A DNA stretch of 41,474 nucleotides, from assembly GCA_027030565.1 (NCBI GenBank), contig JALVEU010000057.1:1-41474 (forward strand). Reading direction: 5' to 3'. The first letter of the stretch is position 1. Each line of letters starts with the position of its first letter. Of this stretch, positions 34,800-41,474 are shown piece after piece. The notes beneath the pieces were generated by a model. The model made no database searches. It was given only the letters and a program-made list of their open reading frames with translations, and was not told the DNA's origin. Source of the DNA: Gammaproteobacteria bacterium (lineage in GTDB: Bacteria > Pseudomonadota > Gammaproteobacteria > JAJDOJ01). A program made the position numbers and the translations under genes.

Positions 34800-35465
34800 T
34801 TGAGCTTTCCCCCTTCCCTCGACGACGTCCAGTCCCTGATCGCCGAGACCGCGGGCGCGGACACCTCCGCCACAGGCCCCGTTCTGCAAGCCCTCGGCCA
34901 GTTCCTGCAGATCGCACGCAGCCCCGACGCGGCCGCCCTGCAGCCGGGCGAGGTCACCGAACTGGGTGACTACGCCCTGCAGCTCTTGCAGTCGCTGGCC
35001 CTCCAGGCCCGGGACACGCCCCGAAGCTGGGGACCGGCGGCCGTCGCGGTGGCGGACTGGGTGATGCAGCGTGGGGGTCGCGTCCAGACCCTGGAGCCCG
35101 TGGTGGACGCCTTGGCCGAGCTGGCCAACCGGACCCGGGAGCCGGACAGACTCGCGGAGATCACCGACTTCATGGAGCGGCTCACCGGGGCCTGTGCCCA
35201 GTCGGTGCGCGCGGACCTGGAGCTGAGCAACCCCGGACGTCCCTGGCGCATCCTTCATCTCAACCGCGCCATCACCGCCACGCGGAGCCTGGACCCCGAG
35301 CGCATGGTACGCGCCTTCGACGCCCTGACCCACGCGCTCCCCCACGATGCCCCGGAGTTCTTCCATCAAGGGATGGGAGAAATGGAGCGCCTGGGATACC
35401 CCGAACCCGTGCGGCGGGTGATGGCCGACTACCACCGGCGCTGGACGCGCCCGAAGACCAACTGA
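34800..35465 (+). CDS. Hypothetical protein (helical, acidic)
   Basis: The track ORF 34626-35465 overlaps slyD at its 5' end. The in-frame TTG at 34800 (MSFPPSLDDVQSLIAE...) is the first plausible start outside slyD. I recognised no family. Confidence 0.45.
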   Translation: MSFPPSLDDVQSLIAETAGADTSATGPVLQALGQFLQIARSPDAAALQPGEVTELGDYALQLLQSLALQARDTPRSWGPAAVAVADWVMQRGGRVQTLEPVVDALAELANRTREPDRLAEITDFMERLTGACAQSVRADLELSNPGRPWRILHLNRAITATRSLDPERMVRAFDALTHALPHDAPEFFHQGMGEMERLGYPEPVRRVMADYHRRWTRPKTN

Positions 35466-35467
35466 AC

Positions 35468-35806
35468 TCAGTTGGGGGTGTGCGTGCCGGGGACGAAGCT
35501 CGCCAACGGCGAGTCGGGCGCGATCTCCACCACGATGGTCTCTTCCAATGCCAGATCGCCGGCCTCGATATAGGGGTAAAGCTGCTCAGCGATCTGGCGG
35601 ATGGTGGCCATTCCCCGGCCGTCGCGCGAATCCTCGCCGAGGTCCAGGATTCCGGTCTTGAGTGCTGCGATGTAGTCGCGCATCTGCTCGGCCTGGGCCT
35701 CCGCGGGGAGTGCCTGGAAGGCCTCGGTGAATTCCAGATGCAGCTCGTATCCCGCTTTCTCGGGATTCTCCATCACGGAGATGCGAAACGGGCCTTCGAT
35801 TTCCAT
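35468..35806 (-). CDS. Hypothetical small acidic protein
   Basis: 112-aa track ORF (MEIEGPFRISVMENPEKAGYELHLEF...). It has a coding-like composition and sits tightly between neighbours. No family recognised. Confidence 0.5.
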   Translation of the reverse strand: MEIEGPFRISVMENPEKAGYELHLEFTEAFQALPAEAQAEQMRDYIAALKTGILDLGEDSRDGRGMATIRQIAEQLYPYIEAGDLALEETIVVEIAPDSPLASFVPGTHTPN

Positions 35807-35834
35807 CGTCTGAATTTCCTCTGAAAAGCTGGCG

Positions 35835-36761
35835 TTGAGCGGCCGGGAGCGCCGGACCTACAATCCCTGCATCATCCCACGAGCTCCACCCGATCACAAA
35901 CCCTTGACCCAGCCGCCCGCGGTCAACCCTTATGCAGTGGAAACCACCGCCGCCAATTTCCAGCAGGTGGTGATCGAGAACTCGCGCCGGGGACCGGTGC
36001 TGGTCAACTTCTGGTCGCGACGTGCGGGTCCTTGCCTGCGTCTGTATCCCATCCTGGACCGTTTGGCCCGCGACTTCGGCGGTGGATTTCTGCTGGCCAA
36101 CCTCGATACGGATACGGACGGGCAGTTCGCACGCCGGCTCGGCATCACCAGCGTGCCCACCCTGAAGCTGTATCGCAACGAAGCGGTGGTGGAGACGGTC
36201 TACGGGTTCGAGAACGAGGCCGCGCTCCGGCGGCTGCTCGGTCGCCACGCGGCCACGCCCGCCGATACGGTGCTGGCACGCGCCGTGCAGGCCGTGCGTG
36301 AGGGCCGTGAGAAGACTGCCATGCAGATCCTCGCCGAGGGCGCCGTGACCCATCCCGAGGACCTGCGCATCCCCTTGACCCTGGCCAAGCTGCTCATGCG
36401 CAGCGGTGAGCTCGAGCAGGCCATGCGGCTCCTCGCCCACATGCCGGGGCCGCTGCGCGAGCAGGCGCAAGCCCAGGATCTCATGGCCCACCTGGATTTC
36501 CTGCTCAGCGCCCAGGCGGCCGCCGGTCCGGGGCAGCCGGCCGATGTGCGGGAGCGGCGCTTTCTGGAAGCGGCCCGGGCCCTGGTGGAAGACGACGATC
36601 TGGAGGTTGCAGCGAATACCCTGGCCGAGCTGGTGGAGGCCGAACCGAACTGGGCGGAGGGCAGGGCCAGACGGGGCCTGCAAGCCCTCCTGCGGCTGCT
36701 GCCCAAGGACGACCCGCTGAGGAAGGGAATCCTGGAGCGCCTCCCGCAACTGCGGCCCTGA
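35835..36761 (+). CDS. Thioredoxin-fold plus TPR cochaperone (YbbN/CnoX-like) with a degenerate active site
   Basis: FQQVVIENSRRGPVLVNFWSRRAGPCLRLYPILDRLA...GITSVPTLKLY is a Trx fold with a single Cys in place of CxxC. The C-terminal half is helical and TPR-like. The start may be TTG 35835 or TTG 35904. Confidence 0.8.
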   Translation: MSGRERRTYNPCIIPRAPPDHKPLTQPPAVNPYAVETTAANFQQVVIENSRRGPVLVNFWSRRAGPCLRLYPILDRLARDFGGGFLLANLDTDTDGQFARRLGITSVPTLKLYRNEAVVETVYGFENEAALRRLLGRHAATPADTVLARAVQAVREGREKTAMQILAEGAVTHPEDLRIPLTLAKLLMRSGELEQAMRLLAHMPGPLREQAQAQDLMAHLDFLLSAQAAAGPGQPADVRERRFLEAARALVEDDDLEVAANTLAELVEAEPNWAEGRARRGLQALLRLLPKDDPLRKGILERLPQLRP

Positions 36762-36783
36762 GCACGCAGGCGGGCCGAGGGGG

Positions 36784-37302
36784 TCAATCGGGTTCGGCGT
36801 ACAACCCGGGCCTCGGCTGCCCCGGATGCAGGAGGACCGGATCGCCGAACTGGGGCTCGCGTGCCAGCACGCGGCGCTGGTGGATCCGCATGGGGGTGGC
36901 GTCACGGAAGACGAAGATGACCCCGGTGAGCCCACCGCGTGCCATACGCAGGGGCGCTGCCGAGCCCGCCACGGGCAGCGACGCGCCGTCCTGCACCACC
37001 ATGAGCGCGTGATTGCCCGTCTCCACGCGCCGCCCCGTGCGTACACAGGTCTCCACCGGGTCGGGCTCCTGCTGGCCCGTCTGTTCGTCCAGGAGGCGGA
37101 CGACGCGTCCGAACGGCAGACCCAGGATGTGCATCGTGTCGATGCCCATCAGAAGCCCCGCCACCGGGTTCACTTCGAGAATACGACCACCCGCATCGGT
37201 GCAGACCACGCCATCGCACGGCTCCGGGGAGAGCCCGCCGTCTGGGGTTCTGCGATCGAGCAGCTCGCGGAGCTGTAGCGCTCCTGTCTGCATCAGACCC
37301 AT
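36784..37302 (-). CDS. Stand-alone PAS-domain protein
   Basis: ATG 37302 follows AAGGA. GVVCTDAGGRILEVNPVAGLLMGIDTMHILGLPFGRVVRLLDEQTG...LTGVIFVFRDAT fits the PAS fold pattern. Confidence 0.65.
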   Translation of the reverse strand: MGLMQTGALQLRELLDRRTPDGGLSPEPCDGVVCTDAGGRILEVNPVAGLLMGIDTMHILGLPFGRVVRLLDEQTGQQEPDPVETCVRTGRRVETGNHALMVVQDGASLPVAGSAAPLRMARGGLTGVIFVFRDATPMRIHQRRVLAREPQFGDPVLLHPGQPRPGLYAEPD

Positions 37303-37475
37303 CGAGTCGTCCTTCGCCCGCCTTGCGCGGGCCCCTTGGTGGGCGGCCCCGGGCCAGAGCCCCGGCCGCGTTTTTCTATGGTGGCCTCTTGCGTGCCGTT
37401 TGCCGCCCAACGGCCCCGTTCGGGTGCCTGAACGGCTTCAATTTGGATTTAGAATAGCATCCGCTGGGGGGGCTT

Positions 37476-38111
37476 TCATCCGAAAGAATGCGTACTTTCG
37501 TCCTTGCCGCCGATGCCGAAACGCACTGCGGCCTGGACCAGTTCGGCCAATGACCCGGCCTCCATCTTGTGCATGATCCTGGCCCGGTGGACCTCCACGG
37601 TGCGATGGCTCACGTCCAGCTTCTCGGCGATCTCTTTGTTGGAATAGCCCTGCACCAGCAAGGCCAGGACTTCGTTCTCGCGCCGGGTCAGGCGCTGCAG
37701 TCGGGCAGCCACGCGCTCGCGTTCCTCGCGCTCGGCCCGACGCCGCGCATCCAGTGCGAAGGCCTCGCGGATACGGTCCATGAGCTGGGCGTCGTCGAAG
37801 GGCTTCTCCAGGAAGTCGATGGCGCCCCCCTTCATCGCCTGCACGGAGACCGGGACGTCGCCGTGCCCCGTGATGAAGATGATGGGCAGTTCCACCCCAT
37901 CGTGGCGAAGCTGGTCCTGGAGCTCGATGCCGCTCAGACCCGGCATGCGCAGATCCAGGACCAGGCAGCCCGGAAGCTCTTCCCGGTATTCACGCAGGAA
38001 CGCCTCGGCCGACGCGAAATCTCGCACGTTGAAACCGGACGATTCCAGCAGGAAGCGCAGCGAGCGACGATAGGCGTCGTCGTCATCGACCAGAAAGACC
38101 TGTGGACTCAC
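37476..38111 (-). CDS. FixJ/NarL-family response regulator (REC plus LuxR-type HTH)
   Basis: GTG start follows GAGGAA. VFLVDDDDAYRRSL..., CLVLDLRMPGLSG and PIIFITGHGDVPVSVQAMKGGAIDFLEKP form the REC domain. LTRRENEVLALLVQGYSNKEIAEKLDVSHRTVEVHRARIMHKM is the HTH. Confidence 0.88.
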   Translation of the reverse strand: MSPQVFLVDDDDAYRRSLRFLLESSGFNVRDFASAEAFLREYREELPGCLVLDLRMPGLSGIELQDQLRHDGVELPIIFITGHGDVPVSVQAMKGGAIDFLEKPFDDAQLMDRIREAFALDARRRAEREERERVAARLQRLTRRENEVLALLVQGYSNKEIAEKLDVSHRTVEVHRARIMHKMEAGSLAELVQAAVRFGIGGKDESTHSFG

Positions 38112-40161
38112 GTGGCATTTCCTCGTCGCAGGTTTCCTCCAAAGGCAGGCTCACCTCGAATACGGCGCCGCCCAGCTCGCCGCGGCACTGCACGTCGATA
38201 TGCCCGCCGTGGGCCTCTACAATGGTACGACAGATGGCCAGACCCATTCCCGTACCCTCGCGCCGCGTCGTGTAGAACGGCTCGAACACACGGGCGCACT
38301 GCGCCCGATCCAGCCCCGGTCCGCTGTCCGCCACCAGGATGCACGCGTTGCGCCCGGAACGCGTGATCGTCAGGCGCAGCCGACGGGGCACCAGCTGCGC
38401 CTCTTCCATGGCCTCCAGGGCATTGAAGATCAAATTGAGCAGGACCTGCTCCAGCTGGATCCGGTCGCAGCGCACCTGAATCCCCACCTCCGTGGCCACG
38501 ATCTCCATGGACACCTTACGCGCGCGCAGCTCGGAGGCGGCGAACCCAGCCGCCTGGCGCACCAGCTCCTCCAGATCCGTGCACACGAAGTGCGGCTGGC
38601 CCTTGCGCACGAACTCACGGGTCTTGCGCACGATCTCGGATCCGCGCATGGCCTGGTTCACCGTCTCCTCCAGCACCTGCTCCAGGCGCTGCCGATCCGG
38701 CGTCCCCTGCCGCACCAGTTTGAGACTGGCCTTTGCATAGTTGACCACGGCACCCAGGGGCTGGTTGAGCTCATGGGCCAGGCCGGTGGCGAGCTCCCCG
38801 ATGATGCTCAGGCGGTCCACATGGGCCAGCTCCAGCTGGTGGCGCCGCAGGACCTCCTCGGCCTGCTTGAGCTCGGTGACGTCCTGCCGGACCCCCACCA
38901 CGCCGGCCACCTGTCCGGCGTCGTTGTAGACCGGGGCGCGGGTGCCGAGCACGGTGCGATCCCCGTCGGCGGGCTCCTCGCGCATGTCCACCCGCCCCGA
39001 GCGCATGACCCAGTGCTCCACGCTGCGGTTGCGCTCGGCGGTCTCCGGATCCAGGACCTCCATGTCCGTACGTCCCAGCAGTGCACTGCGGCTGCGTCCC
39101 AGGGAGCGCGCATAGGCCTCGTTCACCAACCGGTAGTGCCCTGCCCGGTCCTTGAGATAGACGCCGTCGGCCATGGCCTCCACCACTGCACTCAGGGTGG
39201 CATGGCTGTCCCGCAACAGGCGCTCGGCGGACATCCGCCGGCGCTCGGTGCGCCACGACCAGACCATCATCAGCCCTGCCGCCAGCACCACGCCCACCAT
39301 GAGCACCGCCGTCTCGCTCCAGACCCGCTCGCGCTCCTCCTCGAACAGCCCGGCCTCCGGCAGATCCGCGAGGATCCAGGCGGTCCCCGGAACCGGAGCC
39401 TGATACAGGGCGCGCACCCACTGGGCGGCGGGGATGATCTCCACAGGCTCTTCCGCCGCGCGCCAGGACTGCGCCGAGACGTCCACCACCGCCTGGCCCC
39501 CGGCCCCCTCGGTCACCAGCACGAGCCGGTGCCCAGGAGGCTGGGCATCGGCGAGCACCCGCGTCAACGACTCCGGGGAGAGGCTGATGAAGAACACCAG
39601 CTCCTGGGCACCCGGCCGCCCCGGAACCGGCACCATGACGTCGAAGTGCGAACCCAGCGGATGCGGATGCAGCCGCAGCACTTGCTGGTGCCCGTGCAGC
39701 ACGAAGTCGGCAATGTCCAGGCGGCACACGTCCCCCACCAGGTCGTGCCCGGAGTCGATGAGGATGTCCCCGAAACCGTCCACCAGGGTGAATGCAAAGA
39801 CCTCGGGGAAGAATGCCTGCACCCGCCGGCGCAGTGCGGCCAGGTCACCGGCGTCTCCGGCGCCCGAGGCCAGCCTGCGCAACCGTGGCGCCTCCTCCAC
39901 GGCCAGGATCCGCACGGAGCGGTTCAACTCGCTGACCCGCACCCCGATCTGGCTCACCGCACCGCTCACCGCACCGGCAGCCAGTTCCCGCTGCACCGCA
40001 CTGAAGCCGTGCAGGCGTTCCTGCGCCTGCCAAGTCAACAGGGCGGCCACCACCCCGATGAACACCACGGAGTACGCCAGGGCCATGGGACCGGTGCGCC
40101 CCATCCAGCGGGAACCGCTGGCCCGCTGCATGCCGGCACCGTCCAAGCCACTGGGAAACAT
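38083..40161 (-). CDS. Sensor histidine kinase (two TM helices flanking a periplasmic domain, then PAS, HisKA and HATPase)
   Basis: The H-box is GLAHELNQPLGAV, and N/G boxes are LLNLIFNALEAM and DSGPGL...GTGMGLAICR. The PAS part is SAVVEAMADGVYLKDRAGHYRLVNEAYA. The start is uncertain: ATGs at 40161, 40131, 40104 and 40086. It overlaps the regulator gene by 29 nt. Confidence 0.85.
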   Translation of the reverse strand: MFPSGLDGAGMQRASGSRWMGRTGPMALAYSVVFIGVVAALLTWQAQERLHGFSAVQRELAAGAVSGAVSQIGVRVSELNRSVRILAVEEAPRLRRLASGAGDAGDLAALRRRVQAFFPEVFAFTLVDGFGDILIDSGHDLVGDVCRLDIADFVLHGHQQVLRLHPHPLGSHFDVMVPVPGRPGAQELVFFISLSPESLTRVLADAQPPGHRLVLVTEGAGGQAVVDVSAQSWRAAEEPVEIIPAAQWVRALYQAPVPGTAWILADLPEAGLFEEERERVWSETAVLMVGVVLAAGLMMVWSWRTERRRMSAERLLRDSHATLSAVVEAMADGVYLKDRAGHYRLVNEAYARSLGRSRSALLGRTDMEVLDPETAERNRSVEHWVMRSGRVDMREEPADGDRTVLGTRAPVYNDAGQVAGVVGVRQDVTELKQAEEVLRRHQLELAHVDRLSIIGELATGLAHELNQPLGAVVNYAKASLKLVRQGTPDRQRLEQVLEETVNQAMRGSEIVRKTREFVRKGQPHFVCTDLEELVRQAAGFAASELRARKVSMEIVATEVGIQVRCDRIQLEQVLLNLIFNALEAMEEAQLVPRRLRLTITRSGRNACILVADSGPGLDRAQCARVFEPFYTTRREGTGMGLAICRTIVEAHGGHIDVQCRGELGGAVFEVSLPLEETCDEEMPRESTGLSGR

Positions 40162-40236
40162 GGGGAAATCGACCTCGCGTGAATCTGCCGATGCTATTCT
40201 AACCCGCCGTTTCCGACCCCGCTCCCGCCAACGGCC

Positions 40237-41474
40237 ATGTCTGCAGACGACCGCCCCCTGAGCCCACCGGCCCTCGAGGAACGCCTCGAGGAGCACGTGG
40301 ACCCGGTGCTGTCCTCACGGCGCACGGCGGCGGGCCCGGCCGCTGCACTGGCCCGCTATAGCCGCTCTCAGCAGGAATTCGTCCTCCATTGGGTGGGGGC
40401 CATCTCGCGCAGCAACGCCGAGATGGCCTTCCAGGTGGCCGCCTATGCCCCCCAGGCCCTCGACGCACTGGACCTGGAGGGCGTGGAGGCATGGATCGTG
40501 CAGGCCATGGATGCCTTCGACCGCCAGGGCCTCATGGCGGGCATCGCCGCCCTGCGGGAGGTGGAGCGCTTCGCCCGGGACCGCCGGGAGCGCGTGCGCG
40601 GATTGCCCCTGGAAGAGGTCCAGGGCGTGCTGGAGAACTTCCTCCACGGGCTCGCCGGGCGGCCACTGCGCGTGGAGGCCGATGAGGAGGCCTGGACCGA
40701 CACCGAGACCATCCGTCTACCTCGCATCCTGGGTCGCTTTGCCGCGCGCAGGGACAACTTCGCGTTGTACAAGGCCATGGCCGTGCTGCTCTGGGCGCAG
40801 GGCTTCCATGGCACCTGGCGCAGCGACCCGTCGGAGCGGGCCGCCGAACTGCCCGACCCGGAACACGCACTGGCGCTGTTCCACGCCCTGGAGACCTTTC
40901 GCCTCGAGGGTCGGATCCGCGAAGAGCTGCCGGGTGTGTTCCGCACCATGCAGGTGCTGCGCGAGCGCCTCGACGAACCGCTCCCCGCCGTCTGGGCCGA
41001 GGCGCGTGCCGCGCTGAGCCGGGCCGCCGCGGACGGCGAAGCGGTCTGGCGGTGGGTGGAGCGCCTGTGGGGCACCCGGGCACCGCAATGCAGCTATGCG
41101 GGCACGCTGCGCCCGGAGGCCGTGCGCGAAGCGGTGCAGGCACGCATCGCCCGGGAGAAGCAGGCCTTCCGCGTCATGCTCGCCAAGCTTCAAGAAGAAG
41201 TGGAGGGCCATCCCCCAGGGCCCGAGGTCCGGCAAGGCCGATTCTCGATACGCGAGGTCGCACCCGCTGAACGTGCGGCAGGGGTCGGCTTCGAGCTCCT
41301 GCTCGACGGCAGACCGGTACCGCCTCCGGAGGGCGCCCGGGGGCTCATGGCCTCCATCGTCCAGGACCTGGGCGAGATTCCTCCGGACTACCTGGTGGCC
41401 GCGGGGCCCGGCGAGTACGCCGCCCACCAGAAGACCCCGGAGCGCGACCCCGACGCCGTGTGGAAGGGCACCTA
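40237..41474 (+). CDS. NorD/CbbO-like protein, N-terminal about 412 codons (the expected von Willebrand A domain lies beyond the right edge)
   Basis: Absent from the ORF track (open to the window end, frame 1). My translation reads MSADDRPLSPPALEERLEEHV...FVLHWVGAISRSNAEMAFQVAAYAPQAL...TIRLPRILGRFAARRDNFALYKAMAVLLWAQGFHGTW...ALFHALETFRLEGRIREELPG. This resembles the N-terminal region of NorD/CbbO activase partners. Confidence 0.6.
   Translation, partial: MSADDRPLSPPALEERLEEHVDPVLSSRRTAAGPAAALARYSRSQQEFVLHWVGAISRSNAEMAFQVAAYAPQALDALDLEGVEAWIVQAMDAFDRQGLMAGIAALREVERFARDRRERVRGLPLEEVQGVLENFLHGLAGRPLRVEADEEAWTDTETIRLPRILGRFAARRDNFALYKAMAVLLWAQGFHGTWRSDPSERAAELPDPEHALALFHALETFRLEGRIREELPGVFRTMQVLRERLDEPLPAVWAEARAALSRAAADGEAVWRWVERLWGTRAPQCSYAGTLRPEAVREAVQARIAREKQAFRVMLAKLQEEVEGHPPGPEVRQGRFSIREVAPAERAAGVGFELLLDGRPVPPPEGARGLMASIVQDLGEIPPDYLVAAGPGEYAAHQKTPERDPDAVWKGT

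Noticed and set aside
1-41474. CRISPR arrays, tRNA/rRNA genes, transposases, integrases, prophage or toxin-antitoxin pairs
   Set aside because: Reading both strands, I found no regularly spaced direct repeats, no cloverleaf-like or rRNA-like segments in the intergenic gaps, and no ORF with transposase, integrase or phage hallmark motifs. The only repeat family seen is the REP-like block at 23.5-23.7 kb.

Overview
High-GC (about two-thirds G+C by eye) chromosomal segment. Gene content looks like a denitrifying, sulfur-metabolising gammaproteobacterium (Ectothiorhodospiraceae/Chromatiales-like); that taxonomy is inference only. I call about 40 protein genes and found no rRNA, tRNA, CRISPR array, transposase or integrase. 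Left to right: nosR-nosZ (nosZ runs off the left edge) divergent from a ferritin-like gene; a secreted S1 protease plus lipoprotein pair; a hypothetical gene, glcG-like, pgm and tsaB; a DUF3592 membrane protein; gnd and glk; an orphan papain-like/alpha-beta-hydrolase fusion; a three-gene Cys-rich-precursor/MNIO(DUF692)/DUF2063 RiPP metallophore cluster (bufferin/Hvf type); feoAB; a marR-membrane-ICMT operon; a REP/BIME-like repeat block; egtB-egtD; a Clp1-type kinase/MBL-nuclease fusion flanked by gene remnants; a dihaem cytochrome c, a lipoprotein, an octahaem OTR-family cytochrome and a cytochrome b; a DnaA-box cluster; slyD; a thioredoxin-TPR cochaperone; a PAS protein with a FixLJ-like two-component pair; and a NorD/CbbO-like gene that runs off the right edge. 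Best candidates for an unusual system: (1) the RiPP metallophore cluster at 16276-18206; (2) the kinase-nuclease fusion at 26343-28301; (3) the two-headed hydrolase at 14172-16232. Many long ORFs in the track are antisense or shadow ORFs typical of high-GC DNA, and I discarded them. Coordinates not taken from the ORF track were counted by hand and may be off by 1-2 nt. All family assignments rest on remembered motifs, not on searches.
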